Origin: an uncultured Candidatus Saccharibacteria bacterium
GTDB lineage: Bacteria > Patescibacteriota > Saccharimonadia > Saccharimonadales > Saccharimonadaceae
Reading direction: 5' to 3'
Assembly (NCBI GenBank): GCA_964556075.1
Contig: CAZKUV010000001.1
Location: 1 to 39,585 of the forward strand
DNA length: 39,585 bases
Below, piece by piece: positions 27,382 to 35,614 of the stretch. The position numbers were made by a program, and so were the translations under genes. Below the pieces are notes generated by a model. The model searched no databases. It was not told where the DNA came from and saw nothing but the letters and a program-made list of their open reading frames with translations. Position 1 is the stretch's first letter, and each line of letters opens with the position of its first letter.

Positions 27382-28659
27382 CTATTCCGTCCTAAGTGCT
27401 TCTATCGGGTCAAGTTTCGCGGCTTTCCTGCTCGGGAACCACCCAGAGACGATAGCTACCAACATGAGTCCGGCGATCAGTACGGCGCTCATCAACCAAT
27501 CCATCTTAAGTAGTTTCGTCCCTTCTTCAAGTGACAAGAAACTCGCGATTAACGGGTTCGATACCGTAACCAACGCGGCCAACCCGACACCAATCAGTCC
27601 GCCCAAAAAGCCAATCCATGCTGCCTCGTAACGGAACAGTCGGCTAATATCCTTGCTCCTCATCCCGAGGGCTTTCATAAGACCGATTTGCTGAGTGCGT
27701 TCGAGTACGCTTATGTACTGCGTATTAATGATGCCGAATACCGAAGCCACTATCGCCAACGCCCCGAATCCCATCAATCCATACTGCGCGACGTTAATCA
27801 TCTGGAGGAGTCGCTCGCGCATATCCTCGAGGCTGTATACCTCGTACCCTTTATTTATAATCTCTTGCTTGATGCTCGCGACATCCCTTCCCGGTTCGAC
27901 TAGCGCCGTCGCGGAGAAGAACCGCCCGGCTGCGTTCGAACCGTATTTGAACTCGTACATGTCCTGGATGTCTTCGGGAGAAACCCGTAGTTCTTCTTGG
28001 TAGTACAGCACCGTATCGGTCTCCCGATTCACGGCAGCGATTGTGACTGGGAAATCCCGCAGTTCGGTCTCTCCGTCCTCGTTCGACCTCGCGATAAAAA
28101 TGTGGAGCGTCTGCCCGACCGCTTCTTCGGGACTGGCAAATCCGAACGATTCAAGATACCCTTCAGGAATGACGGCCTCGCCTCGTTTTGGCATATAATT
28201 CTCAAGTGATCCGGCAGCAAGCTTCATTTCGGTCCTATCTTCCTTAGCGGAGAGCGACGCGACGAGTTTCTTGTGTCCCTCGCCGCGAGTCATATATTCG
28301 CTCTCGACATACAGCATTGGCCGAACCGACTCCACGCCGTCCACTCGAGAAAGCCGTTCTATATCTTTGGTAGTCAGACCAGTCTGCCCGCCAGATGCCT
28401 TCTCGTCCTCATCGACCCCGTATTCCGCCAGGCTGTCGGAGGTCTCTTTCTGCTCGATTTTCGGGTAAACGCTGAGACTATACTTGTCTCCACTGGTATT
28501 AACCATATCCTCGGTGTAGCTGCGACCGCCGTTCCCCGCCGCCATCGCCAGAGCGATAGTAAACGCCCCGACAGCGATCGCTAGACTCGTAAGCACCGTT
28601 CTCATCTTCGCTTGGCGCAAATTCTTACCAGCGCGTCGAATAATATCTGCTGTTCTCAT
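27382..28659 (-). CDS. ABC transporter permease (MacB/FtsX-like fold)
   Basis: The topology is an N-terminal TM, a large extracytoplasmic domain, then three C-terminal TMs. The gene is adjacent to the ATPase. Confidence 0.87.
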   Translation of the reverse strand: MRTADIIRRAGKNLRQAKMRTVLTSLAIAVGAFTIALAMAAGNGGRSYTEDMVNTSGDKYSLSVYPKIEQKETSDSLAEYGVDEDEKASGGQTGLTTKDIERLSRVDGVESVRPMLYVESEYMTRGEGHKKLVASLSAKEDRTEMKLAAGSLENYMPKRGEAVIPEGYLESFGFASPEEAVGQTLHIFIARSNEDGETELRDFPVTIAAVNRETDTVLYYQEELRVSPEDIQDMYEFKYGSNAAGRFFSATALVEPGRDVASIKQEIINKGYEVYSLEDMRERLLQMINVAQYGLMGFGALAIVASVFGIINTQYISVLERTQQIGLMKALGMRSKDISRLFRYEAAWIGFLGGLIGVGLAALVTVSNPLIASFLSLEEGTKLLKMDWLMSAVLIAGLMLVAIVSGWFPSRKAAKLDPIEALRTE

Positions 28660-30324
28660 TTATATGTCCTCCTTGAATTCCGGCTGCAGCTCGCTTCTGA
28701 TTACCACCTGGCCGCAGTCACTTTCGAATGACTCCGCTTTTCGCTCGTTACCGTTATACGTCATCCTTCCACCGGATACCGCTCTGACGCGGACGTACTG
28801 ACTGTACTCTGTGTTGCCTTCAGCGCAAACATCTGGCTGCGAAACAATCAGTGAACGGACGACTCCCGCTGTCACTCTACCGCCATCGGTAGTCAACTCT
28901 CCAATCGCCGCTGACTCGAGCGCCGCGGAAGCATGCGCACCAGCTGTTACCTTGACTCGATCGTACGAGCCATTGAGTCGAAATTCGGCGCTGTCTCCGA
29001 GCCGGATGTCGATCGTACTCTGACTATCGTCATTTTCGTACCTGATGTCTCGAGTAAATTCCTTAACATCGATGCTCTCCACCGCGGGACCATACACGTG
29101 CAGTACCGGCGTGGTCCTGTAGCGCCATGGAAGCCACGCGCCTAGGGACGACTCAGCATCCTCATCGGTGGTCGTAAGCCTAATCAAAAGCGACGTTCCG
29201 TCGTTTACTAGCTCGAATGTCGGCTCGATAGTAGGAAGCGCTTCAAGTTCATAATAGTGCCTGTTAGAGACATGGTATTGAATGAGACCTCCGTACGTAT
29301 CTTCACCGGAATCGAAGATTAGATTCTTCACGGAAGAGAGCGGCACTGGAATATCACCCGTGACAGATTCTTGCATTTCTCGGACACGATCTCGTTCTTC
29401 GGTGTATCCATACATACCCGTCGCGATACCTCCGGAGAATGCTATGAGTCCCGCCGCGATAACAGCGATCACTGCCGTGGCTGTCCGTTTCGTCCACTGC
29501 CGCCTAAATACCGCGTTAGCTAGCAGGAAGCAAAGCGCGGAAAATAGCAGTCCGCTCAGCACGAATAACCCCATCATGCTAAGAAACCACCAGGACTCAG
29601 CTATCCAGCCGCCTTTCAACTGCGAGTAATGGTCGACCAGTCCAAAACGAAGACCGAACATGACGAAGGCGATTGTGATCAATCCGCCAATACCAGCCAC
29701 AATGAGCGCGACTCCCGTGAAGTTGGCGATGAACCGTCGAACCATCTCGGCCGAATGGTTTCGACTCTCTTCTGTGCCTGCTAATTCCTTAATAGATGCC
29801 AACGTTACCGGCTTGCCGCTCATCCGAAGCTTATCTGCCGCCGAAGTAGCCGGCGGGATAATCAGCCAAAGGAGCAGATAAACAACAAGCGCCGTACCAA
29901 AGGAGCCGAGCAAAATAACAATGAACACCAATCGTACCCACAGCGGATCGATACCGAAGAATTTAGCGAATCCTGCCAGAACTCCTCCAATAATCGCGTT
30001 ATCCTTGTCGCGGTAGATTTTTCGCGATTCGCCAAACTCCACATGAGCGACACCGACCGAGTCAGTCACACCGTCCGAAGCGAATTCGCTCGGTTCGCCG
30101 AGCTGTCCACGTACGGCTTCAACGTCGTCCTTGGTAATGACGCCGTCCTCGGGCACGCCTCGCTCGGCAAGCAGTTCGGTAATCCTAATTTCAATATCCG
30201 TCAAAATCTCGGGGTCGTCGGCAAACTGCTCGAGTTCCCTGATATATTGTTCTATCTCTTTCTTCGCGTCGACCTCGATGTCGTAGGCGACTTTCGCGAT
30301 ATGTATGCGTGTTATTTCCTTCAT
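28660..30324 (-). CDS. PspC-domain membrane protein with N-terminal helical (DUF1700/HAAS-like) and C-terminal beta-rich domains
   Basis: The PspC motif is IYRDKDNAIIGGVLAGFAKFFGIDPLWVRLVFIV. The N-terminal helical module ends in LGEPSEFA. Several TMs follow, then a repetitive beta-strand C-terminus. Confidence 0.83.
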   Translation of the reverse strand: MKEITRIHIAKVAYDIEVDAKKEIEQYIRELEQFADDPEILTDIEIRITELLAERGVPEDGVITKDDVEAVRGQLGEPSEFASDGVTDSVGVAHVEFGESRKIYRDKDNAIIGGVLAGFAKFFGIDPLWVRLVFIVILLGSFGTALVVYLLLWLIIPPATSAADKLRMSGKPVTLASIKELAGTEESRNHSAEMVRRFIANFTGVALIVAGIGGLITIAFVMFGLRFGLVDHYSQLKGGWIAESWWFLSMMGLFVLSGLLFSALCFLLANAVFRRQWTKRTATAVIAVIAAGLIAFSGGIATGMYGYTEERDRVREMQESVTGDIPVPLSSVKNLIFDSGEDTYGGLIQYHVSNRHYYELEALPTIEPTFELVNDGTSLLIRLTTTDEDAESSLGAWLPWRYRTTPVLHVYGPAVESIDVKEFTRDIRYENDDSQSTIDIRLGDSAEFRLNGSYDRVKVTAGAHASAALESAAIGELTTDGGRVTAGVVRSLIVSQPDVCAEGNTEYSQYVRVRAVSGGRMTYNGNERKAESFESDCGQVVIRSELQPEFKEDI

Positions 30325-30334
30325 AGCACTCTCC

Positions 30335-30712
30335 TTAGAGTTTCTTTAGCGTAGCGTTAAGTTCTTGAATTTTCTTGGCCGTATGGGCAATGACCCTATC
30401 CCCGAACTCAGTCGTCTTGTAGTACTTTCTCGGTGGACCCTGCTCGCTTTCCTTCCACTCGTGTTCGAGCAGCGCGTCCTTTTGCAATCTGCTGAGAAGA
30501 GGGTAAATCGTCCCCTCCACCACCACCAATTCGGCGTTTCTCAGCTCAGCGATAATATCGCTGGTGTATTTAGGTCCGTGACTGCAGAGTTTCAACACGC
30601 AGAACGCCAAAAACCCTTTTCTCAGTTGGGTGGCGAGCTGCTCGGCGTAGGCTTCCGCCCCTCCGACGGCCGATAGCTCCGCATTAGACCTGGTATCGCT
30701 TTCTGTCACCAT
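30335..30712 (-). CDS. PadR family transcriptional regulator
   Basis: The winged-HTH signature is KGFLAFCVLKLCSHGPKYTSDIIAEL...VEGTIYPLLSRLQKDALLEHEW...PPRKYYKTT. Confidence 0.9.
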   Translation of the reverse strand: MVTESDTRSNAELSAVGGAEAYAEQLATQLRKGFLAFCVLKLCSHGPKYTSDIIAELRNAELVVVEGTIYPLLSRLQKDALLEHEWKESEQGPPRKYYKTTEFGDRVIAHTAKKIQELNATLKKL

Positions 30713-30733
30713 CTAGTCCTTTCAAAATTACAT

Positions 30734-30784
30734 TACCTTGTTTGTGTATAGTTCTATGTTATACAAGGTACTATAAAATGTCAA
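30734..30784 (-). promoter_or_regulatory. putative padR operon promoter with inverted-repeat operator
   Basis: Minus strand: TTGACA (30784-30779), a 17-nt spacer, then TAACAT (30761-30756). A perfect 8-bp inverted repeat, TACCTTGT (30734-30741) and ACAAGGTA (30763-30770), brackets the -10 box and the start site. Confidence 0.5.
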
Positions 30785-30828
30785 GCAGTATGCACACCCT
30801 CCGAACTACTAAGAGAACGCGTCGGTCG

Positions 30829-32580
30829 TTAGCGGAAACCGCCGCCACCACCACCGCCGCCTCCGCCAGAGAACCCTCCCCCGACAGACCCTCCCGTAGA
30901 CGAGCTAACCGCACCGGTACGATGTACCGAAGAAGTGAAGCTAGTTATCGCCGAGCTGAACGCTAAAGCGTTAAACGCCTGGTCGCCACTATACCATTCA
31001 GGGGATACTCCCGCTTGTTGATAGTACCTTCCGAGATGTTTCGCCCACGTTCTTTCTTGACGGAATAGTATGGCGTACGGCAGCAATTTTTCATATAGTT
31101 TGATCAGCTGGGCTGGATTAGTCGGATCATTTATGTCTACTTTCTCGGCGCCCTCCGGACTCTGGAGCATGGCGATTCTCTCCTTCTCCGCTACCTTGAT
31201 ATACGTTTCAAGCCCCTTCACCTGTCGCCTGAGACGCAAGCCTTCGTCGGAGAGCACCCAGAGCGTACGACTATAGTAGTACGCGAGCAAACACGGGAGT
31301 ATCATAAACGGACTGAGCGTCAGAATCGACAGGATAAGCAGATACTTCGCCGCTTTTTTAAACCAGTCGCGTTTTTCCTGGTCGATACCTTTGTATCCGT
31401 AGGTGTGTCGCATCAGCTCCTTGAGCTTCTTCTCGTTATCCTGGAACCGAGAAAACACGCTCGAGTCCCCTTCCAGTTTTTTAAGCGGAAGTCGTTCCCC
31501 TACCTTAGGAGTATGTCCGAATAAATCGGTCAGCAATTCTCTCTCTTCATCGAGAAGACCAGCGAGGTCTTTAACAATTTTGATGTCGTATTCAGTGGCA
31601 CGAAAGAGTGGAACTATCGATTTCGAACGAGTCTGCAATATCTGAATGTACCGCTTCACTGCGAGGTCGGTCAGCTCGGCAGCGATCGTCGATTGCAGAT
31701 TGGGCGATACCGCCGCCGCTGCGGCCACACTGACATTACGCGGCGGGATATACTCAGGAACGATTGTTCCCAGTTCGACGTTTCGGTATTTCCAGCGGTT
31801 CGCTAGATATAGGAACAGCGCCAGCAGGATGATAGACAGGATGAGCAGTAACAGATTAATTACCACCCAAATGGTGAATATCCATTCCCATAACGTCTTG
31901 ACGTAGGGCATAAACGTTCCCGACTCAAACCCCACGGCAAGCGAAACGTTCTCATTATAGCCAAGATTCTCGGCGCTCACCAAAAAACCGGTGCTCGTTT
32001 TCGTCACTGCGCATCGCTGAGTCGACCCAAACACCCCTTGATAGCACGCCACATTACCGTTGAGTGCCGGACGCAGGTTTTCATCTAAGATAAGTTCAAC
32101 CGAAAGTTTCTCAATCCTTGATTCCCACTCGGTACCGTTCGTGTCCCAATAGAACTCATCGGCATTGATTCGAGCAACGTGTTGCGTCACGTCGCGCATA
32201 GAGTACTTCAATTCGAAGACCTGCGTGCCACTGATATAGTCGTCGGTCCCCGTCTGAATAACATACTCATCACCTGACGTATATTCAGCGTAGATTGGTT
32301 CAGCAGAGCCGTTTCTCGTCACCGATTCGAACTCGAGACTTAGGGTATGGTTCTGGTACTTCCTAGGGATTCTTCGTTCTATCCCTTTGTTGGTATGTTG
32401 CGGAAACTCCACCGTAATCCGTTCGGTAACCGAAAGAGTCGATCGCCGCTCGTCATCACGACCCAATCTATAGACAATACTATAGTCGCTGATAAACGGC
32501 CGCGTTTGCGCTCCCGCATGCGCTCCGAAACTAGTCGCGCCGATAACGGCGACAACCAGTCCGATGAGAACCCGTTTCAT
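30829..32580 (-). CDS. DUF2207-family membrane protein with C-terminal poly-Gly tail
   Basis: The layout is a signal peptide, a large extracytoplasmic domain, TM helices, a cytoplasmic region, and then the tail SSTGGSVGGGFSGGGGGGGGGGFR typical of DUF2207 proteins (from memory). Confidence 0.82.
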   Translation of the reverse strand: MKRVLIGLVVAVIGATSFGAHAGAQTRPFISDYSIVYRLGRDDERRSTLSVTERITVEFPQHTNKGIERRIPRKYQNHTLSLEFESVTRNGSAEPIYAEYTSGDEYVIQTGTDDYISGTQVFELKYSMRDVTQHVARINADEFYWDTNGTEWESRIEKLSVELILDENLRPALNGNVACYQGVFGSTQRCAVTKTSTGFLVSAENLGYNENVSLAVGFESGTFMPYVKTLWEWIFTIWVVINLLLLILSIILLALFLYLANRWKYRNVELGTIVPEYIPPRNVSVAAAAAVSPNLQSTIAAELTDLAVKRYIQILQTRSKSIVPLFRATEYDIKIVKDLAGLLDEERELLTDLFGHTPKVGERLPLKKLEGDSSVFSRFQDNEKKLKELMRHTYGYKGIDQEKRDWFKKAAKYLLILSILTLSPFMILPCLLAYYYSRTLWVLSDEGLRLRRQVKGLETYIKVAEKERIAMLQSPEGAEKVDINDPTNPAQLIKLYEKLLPYAILFRQERTWAKHLGRYYQQAGVSPEWYSGDQAFNALAFSSAITSFTSSVHRTGAVSSSTGGSVGGGFSGGGGGGGGGGFR

Positions 32581-32647
32581 ACTTCCAAGTGTATCAGACT
32601 ATGAGCTATTATCGGCTCAAAGATACTTCGTTTCATCTCGCAGCGGT

Positions 32648-33001
32648 TTATAGAGCGCTAGAGTTCGCCGCTTCGATTAGATGTTGGTTTGACGAACTGT
32701 CCATGAGAGCTTCGTCGAGTTCATCCCGTGCCGTTATACTATCCCTGTAGTATTGCCTGTTCTTAGGCTTTAACCACCCGCCTAGATATATCCCCTCTTC
32801 GATCAACATGCGTCTATGCTTTTCAATAAAGCACCTAAGAGACTTTCCGAGGTTCCGAGGAGAAACTATTTCGGTTTCGTCAGACAGCGCCGGAACACAC
32901 CAAGTACCACCTCCAGCCTCTTCCACCGTGTCATCGTAACTATACCTACGCGTATTCCCGCCGTTTCGACGAATAGAAGCTAGAATAGAATCGAGTATCA
33001 T
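32648..33001 (-). CDS. hypothetical protein (117 aa), orphan
   Basis: The ORF is intact, with TATAAT (33015-33010) 8 nt upstream of the ATG. I cannot name a family. Confidence 0.55.
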   Translation of the reverse strand: MILDSILASIRRNGGNTRRYSYDDTVEEAGGGTWCVPALSDETEIVSPRNLGKSLRCFIEKHRRMLIEEGIYLGGWLKPKNRQYYRDSITARDELDEALMDSSSNQHLIEAANSSAL

Positions 33002-33037
33002 TAAAACTAATTATATAGAAGTGCACCACTAGTACTT

Positions 33038-33066
33038 TTGACTTCGAGTAGACTTTCGTTTATTAT
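33038..33066 (+). promoter_or_regulatory. near-consensus promoter of the 115-aa orphan gene / ribozyme transcript
   Basis: TTGACT (33038-33043), a 17-nt spacer, then TATTAT (33061-33066). Confidence 0.6.
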
Positions 33067-33131
33067 GCCCTTGCTCATCCAACGAAGGGTGGGCGCACTT
33101 CTCATCAATCCATCCGTCAAGGAGCGCGAAG

Positions 33132-33479
33132 ATGCCTCAAGACACGCCGTCAGTTGCTATCGCCGTCGCCGAGAACTGTATCGGCAACGCCGGATATATC
33201 AGCTTCGACTTCGATACGGAACTGCACGGACACTTCCTGGACGCCCAAATCTATCCGAAAGAAGGATACGTTAAGCGGCCTCTCGACTCGGATTTACTCG
33301 AGCGAATCGTTCGCCGTCTCATCGGCAGACGCTACCCGATACTCTTTATCGATGTCATGCCGATGCGCCTGCGAGTGCACATGTTCACGAGTATCGACGT
33401 CAACGCAATGCTCCACGACATCGCTTTAGCGGCGAATAGTCTGGGATACCAGGTCAACGTCTATGGGAGCGAGCCATAA
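33132..33479 (+). CDS. hypothetical protein (115 aa), orphan
   Basis: An AAGGAG SD lies 7 nt upstream of the ATG, and a strong promoter lies further upstream. I recognise no family. Confidence 0.65.
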   Translation: MPQDTPSVAIAVAENCIGNAGYISFDFDTELHGHFLDAQIYPKEGYVKRPLDSDLLERIVRRLIGRRYPILFIDVMPMRLRVHMFTSIDVNAMLHDIALAANSLGYQVNVYGSEP

Positions 33480-33502
33480 TCAGACACCTCTCCGATAGGC
33501 AA

Positions 33503-33533
33503 GCCGCAGGCACGAAAATACCGTGCCTGCGGC
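33503..33533 (+). other. GC-rich 12-bp stem-loop between the orphan ORF and the ribozyme
   Basis: GCCGCAGGCACG-AAAAUAC-CGUGCCUGCGGC. Neither strand has a U-tract after it. Confidence 0.55.
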
Positions 33534-33560
33534 CAACGTCCCAATGACGGAATGGACTGA

Positions 33561-33617
33561 TGACGCTTCCATAGATGCGTATCTATGCTGATGAGTCCGA
33601 AAGGACGAAAAGCGTCG
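33561..33617 (+). ncRNA. type III hammerhead self-cleaving ribozyme
   Basis: The RNA reads UGACGCUU-C/CAUAGAU-GCGU-AUCUAUG-CUGAUGA-GUCC-GAAA-GGAC-GAA-AAGCGUCG. All invariant core positions (C3-A9, G12-A14, A15.1:U16.1, H17=C33569) and the G10.1:C11.1 pair are present. Helices I (7 bp) and II (4 bp, GAAA loop) are capped and helix III (7 bp plus a G-U) is open. Confidence 0.87.
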
Positions 33618-35117
33618 CTATAAATTAAGGTCTGGATAAATCGCTTTGGTGGTTTCGTCAATTTCGCTTCTGAGCTGTGGGAACGGAACACCCTCGCGAG
33701 CGGTCACTCCTTCGAAAATCCAAAAGACTCGTTCGCTATTCCCCCAACCGCACGCTGGTGGCATGCCGTATTCAAGCATTTCGACATAATCGATATCAAG
33801 CATCATCGCTTCATCGTCGCCAGCGTCGCGCATGTTTTGCTGTTCGACGAACCGCTCCAGTTGATCGATTGGGTCGTTCAGCTCAGAAAAGCCATTCCCG
33901 AGCTCGCTGCCCGCAATGATCGACTGGAAACGCTCTGTCGCGCGCGGATCATCAGGGTTTTCTTTGCTTAGCGGCGAAATGAACTTCGGCGTGTTAACCA
34001 GCCAGACCGGACCGGCAACCCCGGCTCGCACCTTCTTCCATAGCTTGTCGATACCGCGCGGAATGCTGTCGGTCTTCTCGACTTCGAGGTTATGCTCCTT
34101 CAGTTTGGCGGCGACCTCCTCGATTGTCGTGTCATAGACGTCGATGCCATAGTGTTTCTGAATGACTTCGCGGTAATCCCATATCTCCCACTCGCCCGAC
34201 ATATCAATATCGAATTCCCCGAGCTTGAACTGCAAGGTGCCGAAAGTTTCCCGAAGAACATATTTATACATCTCTTCCATGAATCTCATGCCGTCGCGCC
34301 AGTTCCAATAGGCGGCATACCATTCCATAGCAACATGTTCGGGTAGATGCTCGTCGGTATAGTCTTCATTTCTAAACCGAGGACCAATATCATAGACTTT
34401 CTCGAACCCAGCGCCGATAAGACGCTTGAGCGGGAGTTCGTGACTGATACGCAAATAAAAGTCGTGGTCGAGAGTATCCATGTGAGTGACGAACGGATTG
34501 GCGTCAGCTCCACCGGTAGTATGTTCGAGCACCGGAATGTTGATTTCAATAAACCCGTGCTGGTTGAGGAAGTCCCGCGTCGCCTGCCAGAATTTCGAAC
34601 GGCGCACGAACCGCTCTCGAACGTCAAGATTGACGTTCATGTCGACATAACGACGCCTGAAACGCTCTTCCTTGTCGGTGAGTTTTTCTGGGATTGGGCG
34701 CAGCGCCTTGGTGAGAAGTCTCAGAGTCTTTACTCCGACCGAAATCTCCCCGGTCTGCGTCTTCATGACTTCACCAGTCGCCTCAATGAAATCTCCGCTG
34801 TCCAGTAACGGGAGTTCTCTCATGCCGAGGATACCCCTGCTGCCGTCTAGATCCGCCACTTCTCCGGCTCGCAAAAACAACTGCACTTGACCGCTCATAT
34901 CCCTCACGACGATGAACGCCAGCTTGCCGAACTTCCTAATGCCGACAATGCGTCCGGCGACGGTAACCGTCTGCCCTTCGAGCTCGTCGAAGCGTCCGGT
35001 AATATCGGCGGTATGATGGGTTCGGTTACTATCTGCCGGGTATGGGTTCACGCCCAGCCCGCGCAACTCCTCGAGTTTGCGCAGTCGTTCGTCTCGGTAG
35101 TCTTGTAGAGTAGCCAT
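33618..35117 (-). CDS. lysS: lysine--tRNA ligase (class II)
   Basis: An N-terminal OB anticodon-binding domain is followed by a class II core with IGPRFRNEDYTDEHLPEHVAMEWY and GWGNSERV. Confidence 0.95.
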   Translation of the reverse strand: MATLQDYRDERLRKLEELRGLGVNPYPADSNRTHHTADITGRFDELEGQTVTVAGRIVGIRKFGKLAFIVVRDMSGQVQLFLRAGEVADLDGSRGILGMRELPLLDSGDFIEATGEVMKTQTGEISVGVKTLRLLTKALRPIPEKLTDKEERFRRRYVDMNVNLDVRERFVRRSKFWQATRDFLNQHGFIEINIPVLEHTTGGADANPFVTHMDTLDHDFYLRISHELPLKRLIGAGFEKVYDIGPRFRNEDYTDEHLPEHVAMEWYAAYWNWRDGMRFMEEMYKYVLRETFGTLQFKLGEFDIDMSGEWEIWDYREVIQKHYGIDVYDTTIEEVAAKLKEHNLEVEKTDSIPRGIDKLWKKVRAGVAGPVWLVNTPKFISPLSKENPDDPRATERFQSIIAGSELGNGFSELNDPIDQLERFVEQQNMRDAGDDEAMMLDIDYVEMLEYGMPPACGWGNSERVFWIFEGVTAREGVPFPQLRSEIDETTKAIYPDLNL

Positions 35118-35162
35118 ATCTGTTTTAGTATATCACACCCCTTTAAACGGTATTTTTATTCC

Positions 35163-35528
35163 CTAACAATCCGCCAGCGCCTTGCTACCCATCGCCGATT
35201 GCAGCAACAGCAAATCGCCTGGGGTACCTGGTCCGATATGCTCCGCCGCCTCGGCGCACGCTTCGTCGAACTCCTGTCGCTTCTTCACTACTTCCCACCC
35301 AAGCATTATCAGATATTCTCTATAGAGTTCGATAGTATCGTCGTCCAATTCTCCGTCGCCGCTTTCAATTGCTCGACGTTCCATTTCGGCCAGTTCCTTC
35401 TCAATCTCAAAGATTTCATACTTGTTCTGGACCATTTCATCGAAAGCTAGGTTAGCTTTTTCGGCGCTGAACCTACCCAAAAACGCGTGTTGATAAGGAG
35501 TCAGTTCCGGCTGTCTTCGTATGCTCAT
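35163..35528 (-). CDS. hypothetical acidic helical protein (121 aa)
   Basis: The ORF is intact, with a GAGG SD about 9 nt upstream and a possible own promoter, TTGACG-16-TATGCT. I recognise no family. Confidence 0.6.
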   Translation of the reverse strand: MSIRRQPELTPYQHAFLGRFSAEKANLAFDEMVQNKYEIFEIEKELAEMERRAIESGDGELDDDTIELYREYLIMLGWEVVKKRQEFDEACAEAAEHIGPGTPGDLLLLQSAMGSKALADC

Positions 35529-35614
35529 GGTAACGACCTCGCTTAGTTGCCTTGTTAGTCTAGTAGCATACTATATCTGCCAATCACGTCAAGTCTTCTA
35601 GTTGCTTTTGCGTC

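Noticed and set aside
30832-30900. GC-rich low-complexity tract (GCCGCCACCACCACCGCCGCCTCCGCC...)
   Set aside because: It is the coding sequence for the poly-Gly C-terminal tail of the DUF2207 protein, not a repeat element.
33557-33563. A second CUGAUGA heptamer 31 nt upstream of the ribozyme core, which could suggest a tandem or alternative hammerhead
   Set aside because: It overlaps the 5' strand of helix III of the real ribozyme. The sequence after it (CGCUUCCAUAGAUGCG-UAU) has no GAA following any possible helix II, so it cannot form a second core.
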